DNA from: Hemiscyllium ocellatum
Taxonomy: Eukaryota
NCBI RefSeq assembly: GCF_020745735.1
Contig: NC_083424.1
Location: 13,502,999-13,566,998, forward strand
Direction: 5' to 3'
DNA: 64,000 nt
In this document: in pieces, positions 1 through 12,919 of the stretch
How positions within the stretch are numbered: position 1 is the stretch's first letter
How the letters are laid out: every line of letters starts with the position of its first letter
Notes under the pieces: model-generated
What the model was told of the DNA's origin: nothing
Seen by the model: the letters and a program-made list of their open reading frames with translations, nothing else
Databases searched by the model: none
Program-made: the position numbers and the translations under genes

Positions 1-40
1 CAGTGGTGTAAAGGGTTATCAGGATTTTTCTAATGCACAG

Positions 41-540
41 TTGCCCTTGAGAAGGACACTTTGCAGAGGGTGCAGAGAAGGTTTACCAATACGTTGTCTG
101 ATCTGGAGGGTTTTAATTATGAGGAGAGGTTGTATTAACTCTATTTGTTTTCACAGAGGCTGAGGGATGACATGGTAGAGGTCTACAAAATTGTAAGAGG
201 CATGCAAAGGGTGGATTATTAGTTTTTTTTCCTAGAGTGGAAAGGTCAACTACAAGAGGGCACTGGTTCAAAATGACATGGGAAAAGTTTAGGGGAGAAG
301 TTGACGAAAACTTTTCACACAGAGGATGGTGTTTGTCTGGAATGCACTGCCATTGGCTGTGGTGGAATGAGACACATTAGCAACATCTAAAGTGCATCTC
401 AATAGACACATGAACAGGAGGCAGACAGAAGGATCGATACAGCTCATGGACAATAACTGGCAGGTCTAAATAGAGATGAGGAATCAGTGCAGGCTTGGAA
501 GGCTGAAAGGCCTGTTCCTGTGCTGTACTGGATTATGTTG
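41..540 (+). mobile_element. CR1-type LINE 3' fragment
   Basis: Degenerate C-terminal ORF2 motifs (RVQRRFT...LEGFNYEERL...RLRGD) and a CR1-like 3' tail. Confidence 0.8.
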
Positions 541-881
541 TTGTATTGTTGTAAGGTGCTGGGGAGCTGCCCCTTGAACCACCGCACTCCATTTGGAATT
601 TAGAATCTATATCTATAGGCTCCCTGAGTCTATATTTGCAGTCCGAGAGTCATCGTTGTCAGAAAGTTGGTCATTAGGTCAGAATCATGAAAAACTCTCC
701 CAAAGGCATTATGGGTCTACCTACAGCATGTGGACTGCAGCGGTTCAAGAAGGCTCACAGTGGGCCTACATACTAGGGCCCTTCAGAATTTCCTTCGCTC
801 CCTTTGAGTATGTTAGGTGCAACTTCCAGCGATTCACGTTTCACCATGAGAGAGGCACAGCAATGTTCTAATAGAAGTCAA

Positions 882-1083
882 AAGTCACACAACACCAGGT
901 TATAGTCCAATAGGTTTAATTGGAAGCACACTAGCTTTCGGAGCAACGCTCCTTCATCAGGATGAAGGAGCGTCACTCTGAAAGCTAGTGTGTTTCCAAT
1001 TAAACCTATTGGACTATAACCTGGTGTTGTGTGATTTTTAACTTTGTCCACCCCAGTCCAACACCAGCATCTCCAAATTGTGA
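882..1083. mobile_element. Penelope-like terminus, inverted-repeat form (family A), with hammerhead motif
   Basis: Long internal palindrome; 14-bp TSD ctaatagaagtcaa (868-881 / 1084-1097); minus strand CTGATGA A GGAGC GTT GCTCC GAAAG CTA. Confidence 0.8.
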
Positions 1084-2964
1084 CTAATAGAAGTCAATCA
1101 CCTTTTACATTTCGATTACATGTTCTACATTTGCACTTTTCAAACATAACCTTCCTCCACGTATAACAGTCATCAAAACGGTCACAAAAGCTGAAATGCA
1201 ACCCAACAAATGTTACTATTTTTAATGCTTGCCTTTCTTTCTAAAGTATGTTCTCCCATTCACAATGTCCCACGCGTTGGAAGGAAGCATTTGCTAGACC
1301 ATTGACAGGATGCCCTCCAGACAGTGAACCCCTCACTCACCTACCCCCCGACCTATCAGTGAGAGAGGGTAAGGAACCAGAGTGGAGTGGGACTGGAGGC
1401 CTTGATCTCTCCCCCCTCTCTTCACCTCCCTGTCAAGCTTGGTAAATCCATAGGACAGTGATTTGAAATTCCTTTTGTTCCCCTTACCCCAGTCCTACCT
1501 CCAAGGCCATTGCATTGTCTCTCACACAACTCCTGACGGAGGAGAATTGAAGACTTCTCCATGCGAGTGTTCTGCAGCAGACACAAGAGCCGCAGTGAGA
1601 GCACAGTTCTTCAGTGAGCAACAGTGTCCCTTCCACAGACTAAAAATAACCACCCTCCTACCCTACTCAGTCAGGCTCTGATTAACAATTCCCAATCGGA
1701 AGAAAGAGGTAAAATATGGCTAATTCCCTTTTAAAATAAAATCCCTTTTGTATCACAACCCAACGACTCTACCTTTGAGAAGGCTTGCTCTTGCCGGCTC
1801 TGTGAAGTTTGGTTGCTGGGACTCCTGAACTTTCTTTCCAAACAGCCACTAAAGAATCCTACCAGGCAGGCAGACGACAGAGAGCAGAAGAAATGTGATA
1901 AGGACCAACAGTTCCCTACCCCCACTGTGGATATACATGCTCAAGTGTGTTCACTCAGTCAACAGCTGACTGGACAGAACTCCGCACTATAAATACTCGA
2001 TGGATTTTACGTTTAGGCATTTATTGGCTGTTGAGGCCTGGACAGTGACATGATTTGGTGTAAAGTCAGGACCAGGGAAGGGACAGAGGTGAACAAAGGC
2101 AGGTCGAGGTTGGATCATCCTTACCTCGGCTTTTCCCACACATTCCATTCCCTTTCAAGCTGGCTATTGAAGGTCGATGAATATTAATCAGTATGTTTTT
2201 TGTACAGCGAAACAAATCACTTCTGACACACATCTGTGTTTGATGGCCAATCTAAACAATTTAGTAGGAGAAATTTTGATTTTTTTTAAATACAAAACAG
2301 AGTAAAAGTTTAAGGTAAGAAAGTATCCACAATCAAAACAACCCTATGGTTATAAGCAAATAGCAACAGTCTGTTATATCAGAGTATTCATTGCTATCTT
2401 TGAATAAAATCCATGTTTTTCGTTATTGTCAAAAAGTCCTCGTTGAGCTGATTCTTTTTAACACATAGTAATATATTTAATCCACAAGTAAAATGTTTCT
2501 TTAAAATAAATTGCATTCCAAATTGTTTACCCTCAGGGTCACATTTGTGTTCACATTTTACTCACTTATATTATATTTAGGCTCTACAATTTTTTTTAAC
2601 AGAATAAAATTGCCGAAAACCACAACAAAAGCCAAATCTCACAAAGAAAATGTTTTTTCAAGGGGCAGCCTTATCAGGAGCCTGAATGTTGTGGGTTATG
2701 AAGAGAAATGTGGCAGAATTATGTCAGGAGTACGGCGAGATCTATCTTGAAACCAAAACAGCTCACTGTATCTTTTAGACATAAAAAGCTCCAGATGCTA
2801 GAATCCAAAACAGACAGGCAGGAGGCTGGAAGAACACAGCAAGCCAGGCAGCATCAGGAGGTGAAGTTGACGTTTTGGGTGTAACTCTTCTTCAGGACTG
2901 GATGGTGGGTGTAAGGGGAGCTGCAGATAAAAGGCGAGGCGGGGGGCAGCGTGGTGAAGTGGTT

Positions 2965-3235
2965 AGATTCCCCAACAATGTGGAAACAGGCCCTTCGGCC
3001 CAGCAAGTCTACACCGTCCCTTCGAAGAGTAACCCACCCAGACCCATTTCCCTCTAACTAATGCACCTAACACTATGGGCAACTTAGTATGGAAAATTCA
3101 CCTGACCTGCACATCTTTGGACTGTGGGAGGAAACCGGAGCAAACCCACGCAGACATTTGCCCGAGGCTGGAATCGAACCTATGACCCTGGCACTGTGAG
3201 TCAGCAGTGCTAACCACTGAGTCACTGTGCCGCCC
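2965..3235 (-). mobile_element. HE1-like SINE nested in a Penelope-like fragment
   Basis: Reverse complement of the same SINE family. Confidence 0.8.
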
Positions 3236-6200
3236 GGGGGGTTAGGTGAAGACACATAGAAGGTACAAGCTGGTTGGTGATTGAATGGAATGAATCAGGT
3301 TGGTGGCAGGGAGCAGTGGAAGGGAGGGGGAGGGACTGAGAAGGGAGTCAGGGGACGGGGAGGAAGGTTATTTGAAATTGGAGAGCTCAATGTTGAATCC
3401 TCGGGCTGTAGGCTGCCCAGTCTGGCATCTAAGATTTGCAAACAACTCAGGATCCTCATGGCACCTCTCCAAAAATGCTTGTGGGTCACTTAGGAAGCTT
3501 GATAAGACATTGTAGGGTGTCCCAGTGGCTGGCATTGACAGGCTTACTGACAGGGACAGTCATCAGCTCACAGAATGGACCAGGCTGCATCTCGGGGCTG
3601 ATGCTTGCTCTCTCAGTCTTGCTCCCACCGTCCATCCATGTCTTGCCTTGCCCTAATGGTGCATTGGTACACAGTCTAGCAGTCCAGTCATTCTGAGGTG
3701 CTCTCCTGTGCAGGCTCACAGAGAAGCTGCTGGTCAGAAAGAGTTGTACAACACACACAGAGACTTAAATCGAAAAGCTATTGTGCATGGGGACAGCCCT
3801 CACCCAGTTCAGGGGCTTGGCCACAATCGGTCATTCACTCTTGTTGATGACAGTCAGGGGAGCACAGTCCAGGGAATGAGCAGTGGTCAGTCTCACAGGG
3901 TCTGCAGGAGCAGCAAATGGGTGTTGTGTATAGTCAGTCAGGGAGCTGAAAACACATCGTATTCAGGGTTCTGGTCAGTCACGCCTGTGGGGCCTACACA
4001 GTCAATGTTGGTCAGAGGTCTGGGATAGTACAGTCCTGAAGCTGTTAGGGATGGCTCAAAAGATGACTGTAGGACAAAGGGGAGAGGGCTCCCTGCCAAA
4101 AGGGGCAATCAAGGCTGGAGGGGGGGTATGGAAATGGATGTGGGGACAAGGATGATGGGATGGGAAACTCAAGTTATAAAGTGGGCTAGGTAGAACAGCA
4201 TTGGTAAGTGTGATAGGCTCTGAGGGGGGGACAGATATTGTTAGAAATGATCAAAGTTGTCGCTTCCACAGAGGAAGCAGAGTGAATGTCGTTAAGGTGG
4301 ATTATCTGGGGCAGTGAAGACAGTTTGAGGAAAGTTTCAACACGACTGGTATTCAACATGGAGGATGTGGGGGATGTTGGGTAGCACAAGGTAAAAGGGG
4401 ACACAGAGACTCCGTGATCTAACTGGCTCCCGGGCAGGACCCAGTCACCACAAGCTACATGTGAAATGCACCTGGAAAATGTCTAGAACAATGCCCAAGG
4501 TGACTGCTGTCAGTCACTTTGATGAGCAAAAATACAAAATCCATGTCTGCTTGTCACTGAGACATTGAAGGGGCAAGTGAGTGAAATATACGCTAGCTAA
4601 ATGGAGCTACAGTTAACTTGCAAACATTTCTTCATCCATTCACAATATATGAATGTGCTTGGGTTCAAATACTGGTCATCTGGCTGCACAGTACCCTTTA
4701 AAATGGCATAGATTATAGGAATGCTGATCTTGAGATTATGCTCAGCATGGACTGGTTGGAGCAAAGGGATGTTTCCATGTTGTATGATTCTAAGTGTCTA
4801 CATGTGATGAGTAGCAAGTTCATCCAGGAACGGCATGTAATAAGGTGAGGCTAGGATCAGATAGATGCTAAAGCAGTAGGATAGATAGTTCATGTTTGGT
4901 ACAATTCAGCAAGAGAACTCATTCAGCCTTGGGATTGAAACTGTCCAAAACATTTGATGAAGCTGACATTTATCCAAACAGAAACTACGATTCAGCCCAG
5001 AATGTGCAACACAGCAGTTGCTAAGCCTTTTGGCTTTAAACAGGCCCTGGCTTAGGAAATCCTCTTTTACTGCTGACAATTAAACAGGGGATTCGAGAAT
5101 CAAAGTGGGTGCCTGTCACACTGCTTTCAAACGAGTACAGTGTATTCATGAGCAATCAAACCCTTTGTGGCTCAGTGTTTAACACCTCAAAGTCCAGGTT
5201 CAGGACATGTTGTCGCTAAAGGCGTGTGGTTCAGCAGGCTATGAATCAGCCTGGTTGATTAGCTCAGTTGGCTGGATGGCTGGTTTGTAATGAGGAGGGA
5301 CACCAAGCAACAATTTTGCTCAATTCTCACAGATTGAGGCTACCATTCCTGTCTTCACAACCTCACATTAAGTGTTCTGACTATCGGGTTAATCTCAGCA
5401 CCAGTTATCACTCTCTCAAGTGAGAGTAGAACTATGATGACTTGACTTTTCACACTTTTTACTACCCTCCAAATGAGAAGGACATCTATCAGGAAATGTC
5501 AAACAAACAACAGTTCACTCGGATTTCTTCAAACAGCCACTCACATACAGACCACGCTGCTGTCTCCTCCGTGCTGAGGAAGGTCAGAACGGGGAGAGAT
5601 CCAAACGGGATGAAGATAAAGTGAACAATGATCCCAAGCATCTTTGTACTCAAGCCTGCTCCAGCATTATTCCAGTAAACATTGTGGGTCTAAATGCCTA
5701 GCCTTACTTTAATGCATCTAAATCCAAAGATCAAAAAGACAATTGCATAAATATCAGTATGGTGACCATGGCAACAGATCAAAGGCTTTCACAGAAGAAT
5801 GTATTCAAAATCTGACAAAAGACCGCAGACAAAAGTTGAATTTCCCCATTTAGTCCCTGTAAAAATCCAGACTCCCAGAGAAACTGTGTTCCAGAATTCA
5901 GTTCCAGCATTAAACATGTCTCCTTGGCAACAGCGATGAGGCCTATACTGGCTATAAGCCTGCACCTAAACATCATCTGCTGCACAGTGATTGAGGATGT
6001 CAGGTGGCAGGATTCCTTCTCGATCTGTAACCAGCCAAACACTGGAATATCTCAGAGGTGCTCGGGGGTGATAACTAAATGGGCTCAGTCATGTCTTTTA
6101 ATAGCATTGCTCCTTAATAACATTAGATTGCTATTCAAATATGTTGAGAGAGTCATTAAAGGAATTAGACCCAGCAAAAGAGTAATAGAACTGACAAAAA

Positions 6201-6799
6201 AGTCAAGATTAATTATGTTTGGACACTAATGTTTATTTACTCAAATGACAGACTTCAAAGATATTTAAATTATTTTTAAGGCATGAATCATACTGACATT
6301 GAATACAAGTGATTTTAAGAATGGAAGAGGTCAAAATGCAAAAGGCTTATCAATTTCTCAAAAGTCAAGTCCAACTATTGACAATATCATTATCACCTGT
6401 TACTTCACTAGCAAGAAAGTGACTTCTCAACACTATAATGTCCCCATCAGAGGCAATTCCTGGTAACTTTTTCAGTTTCCCTTTATATCCTCTGTCGGAA
6501 AAAAATAGTAGCTCTGCCCTTTCTCTTCACAGAATTCTTGACTGATGCAGTTCAGGACTTGGCGGACAAGAAAGGGTATTTTTGTACAAATGTAATTTTG
6601 TTGGTAGCTTGACTGAAATCCACAGTTTTAAATCCTGCATTTCCCAGCCTTAAGCACACTACAGCAAGGCATCCAGCAATTGGGCTTAATTGAAGAAACA
6701 GCTCAGATTGATTCTTTATTAAATGGATCAGATAGGCCTTTTCTGTTAAAGTATATAAAACTAGTCAACTTAGCGCAGCTCACACTTGAGTGTGACTTA

Positions 6800-8740
6800 C
6801 AATAGCGTGATGGATTGACTGTGTTTTCGGACAGGAAAGAAATAAGTACTCCATTTCTTTTGCTTTTTCTTCCTTTTTACAACCTACAAGAAGTGATTCT
6901 TACCCTGCTCCTGAAAAGGAAGCTGGTTATTTGGTACATATCTGGTAAGCGACTAAAGTTTATTCCGTTGCTAAGGTTCAACATAATATAACAATTGATG
7001 GTACTGTTAACAAAATTTACAAAACACAATAAATGAAATAATTAGTTTATTATAACACATTGAGGATGGCAGTGATGTGTCACTGCTGTTGCATGTAGGA
7101 GTTCCCAGCTGAAAATGTGATCCAGGGCAATATGACTGCAGCTCCTTCACTGCAGTTTTTGAGTTGCACTACAGACATTGTGATGCATCATGGAGGGGAA
7201 TTTCCCTGAAGTCATTGTGCTAGGAAACACTCACACTGTTTAGAATAGGCTTTTCTGGTTTGGTAAGTGTTCAGTAATTAGACAGTGCGGCTGGAAGTGA
7301 AACAGGTAGAGGGATCCAGAAGGCAGGAATTCAGGACCCTCGACTAAAATATCTGTCCTCCACCTTTGAAGTTCTTTCAGCTTGACAGTGAGGACCATAG
7401 GGAGGATGAACTAACTGGCCACAGGACCATGGTACAGTACGTCATTTAGATTTAGAAAGATATGGGCCAACCGCAGTTGAATGGAACTAATTCAGTTTAG
7501 GTAACCGGATCAGCATGGACGAGTTGGGCTGAAGGACCATGCTGCATGACCCTATGCCTTCAGGTAGGGCTAACAATACAGAATGTAATGGTGTTAAGGG
7601 TCAGTACAGCGAGAGGGTTTAGCACAATTCTCTGTAGCAAAGAATGTAAGTCCAGGTGGTTGGCATGAACTGGTCAGTGCCCAGGGTGCAGCACATCTAC
7701 TTAAGTCTGCAGAGGAGTTGAGGTGGGCATCCACCATCTCCATAGAGATCCCAACAACATAGGCAGATGAAAGAAGAGGTTTCTCTGGATTCAGCGTGAA
7801 GAGTTCGGAGCTAGGCAGAACTTCAAAGATCATAATCTCTAGATTAGTACCCAAGCCACATGCAAATTGGCAGAGTGCAAACCATATTCAGGAGGGGAAC
7901 ATGCAACTGAAGGTCTGCCATGGGTTCCATTGTATGGAGCACTAGCACTGGTATTGGGAAAAGTGGGCTCTGTAACACTGAGATAGTCTATACCTTTACT
8001 GTGCTGGTGCCGATGTTTGTGCTGACCATGTAACTAGGGAAGTGTAGTGATTGAAACAAGGTTAGCCAATTGGATCTCATTAAGTAAGAGATCTCTGACT
8101 GGGGCTGTTAATCCTGTGCCAATCAGGGAGTCCTGGCTGACAGATATGAACAGGAATCACAGGGATTCTCCTCACTAGGGACTGGCTCTGAGCCGGCTCA
8201 GAGGCCATGAACAGTGCTTGTGTAAATTAAGGAAGACTTGGTGATGGGTTACCGGCCTCCTGGAGTTATTTCACAAAGAAGAGAAGATTTTAATAATGAG
8301 AGCAAGGGATCAAATTTGGAAAGATGTAGTAAATTAAAGAATAGAGACATGACAAAAGAGAAAGGTATTTATACGAGAAATGATAAACAGGCCATGGAAG
8401 GAACATACAGACAGTATTCATCTAAGAGTAAATCAACAGATAAAACAAGAATTTACAAAAATAGCAAAAGGATAAAACCTTGAAAGCTCTGAATCTAAAA
8501 TCATGTAACATTTGAAGTGAAACAGGGAGCCTAATTAGAAATAAATAAAAATGATCCAGTAGCCATTGAAAATATGTGGCTGAGAGATGAGTTAGATTAG
8601 GATTGGATTCTTGAAGGGAACAGGACACTCAAGAAGGACAGGAAGGTAGAAAAAGGTGGAGGGGTGACTCTGTTAGTTACTGATGGTAAGATGACAATAA
8701 AGAGAGATGACCTATGTTCAGGAAGCCAGGATACAGGGAC
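6800..8740 (+). mobile_element. Old CR1-type LINE 5' region (ORF1 to ORF2 start), degenerate, with nested inserts
   Basis: Cys-rich ORF1 start near 7070 and an endonuclease-like RKDR...KGGGVTLLV motif near 8630-8680. Confidence 0.5.
8043..8275 (+). mobile_element. Solo LTR related to the 27.7-32.3 kb Gypsy LTRs
   Basis: TG...CA ends; shares motifs ggatctcat, ctga(c/t)tggggctgtt, ctggctgacag, ctggctctgag and tgtaaat with those LTRs. Confidence 0.75.
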
Positions 8741-9660
8741 TTTGTTGATGTCTCCTTCCTTTTCCAGTTCCTCCAATTTGCCTTTAGCTGAAACTCTCAT
8801 CGGAAGTTGCCACACTGGTCTCAGACTTTCATCTACCTTGAGATGAACATTCTTTGGGGACACATCTGGAAAAACATCTTTGCAATCTTTTAGGATTTAT
8901 TCAGCCATCGATGGCTTAGTACCCTGTGAAGCACTTCAGATCTTCAAGTGATATGCAAGCGGGTTTTAATCCAAGCTTTAAAATTACTTCAGCTGTGATA
9001 AGTGGATTTTACTTAAAATCTACCATATGTAACTCCAGGCTTTCATTCTCCTCATTGCATTGGGCTCTCAATTTAATTTATCCTCTTGGGGTGAGCATTG
9101 TTCCATTATAGAGCCTCAATCTTATCTTTGATGGCTTCATTATTGGGTCACTATGTTGAGTGACTTCCCACAGGTCTACGGAGCTCATCATGTGGTATCT
9201 ATTTGAAATTTCACATTCATTTGATGCTTTCCTTTTGCGGTCATCATTCTACCATCATTAATCTTTCATCCCCTTTACATCTGGCAACTCCAACCCACTG
9301 TGTGGTATAGAGTGACTTGTCAGAACCACAGGAGAAAGTAAGGATTGCAGATGCTTGAGACCAGAGTCGACAGTGTGGCGCTGGAAAAGCACAGCAGGTC
9401 AGGCAGCATCCGAGGAGCAGGAGAATCGGCGTTTCGGGCAAGAGTCCTTCATCAGGAACTATCTTGTCAGAACCATCATCCGACATGTCCCAGCAGCCCC
9501 CAGCTTTCTCAGCTCGCTCTGCTTCTTTCCAGCGAAAGATCTGTGTGAGAAAGTGATTCAGCTTCTTGCAGTTTGAGCACTGCTTTTCCCACACCAGACA
9601 CGCTTCCTGTCCATTTGCTGCAGTCCCCTCATTGGCATTTAGACCTGTCCTGCTGCCCCA
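8740..9660 (-). mobile_element. Gypsy internal fragment (gag zinc knuckle to RT N-terminus), interrupted by a Penelope-like insert
   Basis: WEKQCSNCKKLNHF knuckle-like motif; VHLKVDESLRPVWQLPMRV...LEELEKEG in ORF 8597..8863. Confidence 0.65.
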
Positions 9661-10481
9661 CCTACTGAAAGGTTTCTCTTTTATTTCCTCACCTCTGATG
9701 TTAAATGTATACTATTTGCATTGGCAGAGGAATCAAGATTAGGCCTTCAACATTTCTACCATGTGGCTTTTCTGCTTTTCAATGTACAACAGGACAAGAG
9801 CTGTGAAGGTTAGGGCTAGGCTTAGATTGTGAAGGTTCAATATTTTTAAGCTAGAGGCCGATAGATCTCTGCTTACCAGGGCTACAGGGTGGGTAAAAGC
9901 AATGGAAGTGTTTGATCTGCCATGAATGGTGGGGCAGACTTGATGGACTGAATGGCCTCCTCTTATTCCTATGTCCTTATACAGCTTGTAGCACCCTTTC
10001 ACCAGCACTGATAATAGAGTTGCTACTTTTAGTTTACTTGTGGCTATCTTTCATTTCAGACTCTGAGATGGAAAGAAACTTGAATTCAGTCTCAAAAAAC
10101 TGTTCAACTCCTCAGGAACAAGGAGTGGGAAATTTGCAACCATGCAGCCTCACCCAGCAGTCCCGAGTTAAAGACTGTTACTAAAAAAGGTTTTATAAAA
10201 AATTTTTTTTTAGCCCTGGTATTAGTTGCAATAGCTGGCTGCCTTGCAGCTTTCAAAACCAACACAAGGTTTAGCTGCACACATCTGATACCATGTTCCA
10301 CGTGCAGGCTTAAAGTCTTCTCTCTCCAAACTGCACACTGGAGCTGACATGACTGTGGCATATCACCATTTACTCACACACTGCTCCAGGCAGACAGGGC
10401 TTCACATCAACCAAACATTAGCACGTTCACCGTGGCTGCACTCCATCAGAGTGCTAGCAGCCACCTTGTACTTGAATCTAT

Positions 10482-11177
10482 TGTTATGAAGATGTGGGTG
10501 TACTGTACTTTTAAGAGAGTTAAAAGTTAGCAGTGGCAGTGCCAAGTGTTCTCAATAAGACACAATGTAACGTGCGGTCCAGCTACTGGGATAGCTGGTT
10601 GCCTGGAAACAACAAAACAGATTTGAATTATGCCAATTAGTTTAAATTATACCCCAAAAAATACCAAGCTCCAATCCAGTTTGAATTGCGTATATGACAA
10701 ACTTAAAAGCTAATGATGCAATCCAACGCTTTGGGGGTAAAAGACCAGAGAAAATTGAACAGTTGAGAGGAGAACTGCCAAGCCAACAACATCTGCACAC
10801 TGTCCAAAAAATAGCTCTTTTAAATGGTATCTTAATCAATCAGTAACCTGTGAAGCAGACTTCCCAAGGAGAAAAAGACAGGAATTCAGAGAAAACTGGA
10901 AGTAGTCTGGTTTTCAGATAAGTGTTGTTTTGTAAATCTTAGTTGGGAGTTTTATTGGACTAGTATTATAGAAGAGGAAGGTAAAAGATAAGTTAGAGAA
11001 GGACTTGTAAATAGTTGTTAGTTAATTATTATCTGTTATACTTTAAGAAATAAAGTTGTTAATGTTTACTTTACGCAGTTCTTGGCCTATTAAGTTTTCA
11101 CAGATTACTGCACGGGAAAATTTTTTCTGTGCTCCAGCTTTTAAATTAAGCAGGAGAGTTTACCCTGTGTTGTAACA
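10482..11177 (+). mobile_element. Solo LTR (696 bp) with 4-bp TSD
   Basis: Termini TGTTA...TAACA, flanked by CTAT on both sides (10478-10481, 11178-11181); internal AATAAA near 11049. Confidence 0.8.
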
Positions 11178-11935
11178 CTATGGAGCAAAACTTGAATCCA
11201 CGTCCATTATGTGAAAGTGTCATCCGCTGAGCCACCGAAATAATTCAAAAACAGCACTAAAATTGACATCAAACTGCACTGCTGGCTGATTGGAGCTTCA
11301 TTATGCATTAAGTCCAGGATAATGAAAGAGTAAACTGAATACTCTGGGGGCAATGCTTTTATCTAGCTGAAATATTTAGTTTTCATCTCTTTGCTGACAG
11401 CCAGTTATGACACAATGGATCTAAGCAGATCTTGGCAGAGAGGAAGTGGAGTCTGGGTGACTACAGAGAGATTTTCCTGTGAAATATGTGGGACTAGACT
11501 GGCCTGAATCCACATTAGGCACAGACAGCACTCACTGTGGGCTCATAAATGAGGGGTCAAAATCAACTAGGCAAAAGTGTGGACTGCAGCTGCTGGAAAT
11601 CAAAGTCTAAATTAGAGTGGTGCTGGAAAAGTACAACAGGCAGCATCCGAGGAGCAGGAAAATTGACGTTTCGGGAATAAGCCCTTCATCAGGAATGACC
11701 TGCTACGTTTTTCCAGCACCACTCTAATCTAGATTCATAAATGAAGGGTCATCATACTGTGGAGCAAAGACGCAGTCTCAGAATTAAAGACCCATCATTT
11801 AGGAACTAAAGAGGAGGAGAAACATCTTCACTCAGAAGGTTATGAATTGTTGTAATTCTCTGCCATAGAACACTTTCAAATGTCAAATATTGAGTACATT
11901 CAAGGCTGAGAATGATCACTGTTTAATCTCTTAGG

Positions 11936-12249
11936 CATGATTTGGAGATGTCGGTGTTGGACTGGGGTGTACAAGGTTAAAAATCACACAACAGCAGGTT
12001 ATAGTCCAACAGGTTTAATTGGAAGCACACTAGCTTTCGGAGCATCGCTCCTTCATCAGGTGATTGTGGAGTGCTCGATCCTAACACAGAATTTATAGCA
12101 AAAGTTACATCACACTGCAAATTTTTGCTATAAATTCTGTGTTAGGATTGAGCCCTCCACTATGACCTGATGAAGGAGCGTTGCTCTGAAAGCTAGTGTG
12201 CTTCCAATTAAACCTGTTGGACTATAACCTGGTGTTGTGTGATTTTTAA
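11936..12249. mobile_element. Penelope-like terminus, inverted-repeat form (family A), with hammerhead motif
   Basis: About 125-bp inverted arms; TSD tttaatctctt (11922-11932 / 12245-12255). Confidence 0.8.
12028..12062 (-). ncRNA. Minimal type-I hammerhead ribozyme motif
   Basis: CAC-CUGAUGA-A-GGAGC GAU GCUCC-GAAAG-CUA-GUG; palindromic AGCU stem III. Confidence 0.68.
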
Positions 12250-12535
12250 TCTCTTGGGGGAATCAAGGGATTCGTGGAGTGGGCAGGAAAGTGGTGTTCC
12301 TGCAGAAGAAGGTCCAATCCATATTGGATTAGCTTGAATGACAGGGCAGAGTGAAGGGGCCAAATGGCCTCTGCTGCTCCAATGTCTTCTCCCTTTATGA
12401 TATTTGAAGCTGATTGCAGCAGGAGCTCAGATCTCCTGCAGAGGTGCGGAGAGGACTGAAGGGAAAAACAATTATCGCTGGGAAATGTTCAAACACATTC
12501 GAACCAGGCTGAGATAGTAACTTTCATCCAATTTC

Positions 12536-12541
12536 TTTATT
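12536..12541 (-). terminator. Putative CRYBB1 poly(A) signal AATAAA
   Basis: TTTATT on the plus strand, about 200 nt downstream of the stop codon. Confidence 0.7.
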
Positions 12542-12679
12542 TTCATCATAAAGTACCTTTTGGATTCTGAAAAATCTGCTTTACATTGTAAAGTGCAGAG
12601 AAATTAGCTGACCAGAGTGAGTTAAAAACAATAATTGGATCCTTCCAGGTAAATGATCCCGTCAAATGTTAATGAGTGA

Positions 12680-12724
12680 CATCGGCTTCACCATCGGCTT
12701 CATCATCGGCTTCACCATCGGCTT
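12680..12724. repeat. 12-bp tandem repeat (catcggcttcac), 3.75 copies, in the CRYBB1 3' UTR
   Basis: Read directly from the sequence. Confidence 0.9.
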
Positions 12725-12744
12725 GTGGAGCTCTGAGGGTTTCC

Positions 12745-12919
12745 TCACTTGGGGGCGGTGAACTGGAAGGAGCCCTTCTGATGCCACTGCATGTCTCTCA
12801 GACGGCGGATGGACTGCATCTGGGGCTGCTGGGCACACCAGTCATTCCAGTGTCTGTACTCTCCCATCTCAAACAGGTACTGGTACCCTCTGTATCCAGG
12901 GTACTGATAACCAACCCAA
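12745..12919 (-). CDS. CRYBB1: CRYBB1 exon 6 coding part (Greek key 4 + C-terminal arm)
   Basis: gtgtttcag|TTGGGTT...AAG TGA, 175 bp; lies within ORF 12745..13053. Confidence 0.95.

Noticed and set aside
3420-4560. Several short ORFs in moderately GC-rich sequence
   Set aside because: No recognisable domain or consistent splice pattern; possibly an old transposon remnant that I cannot classify.
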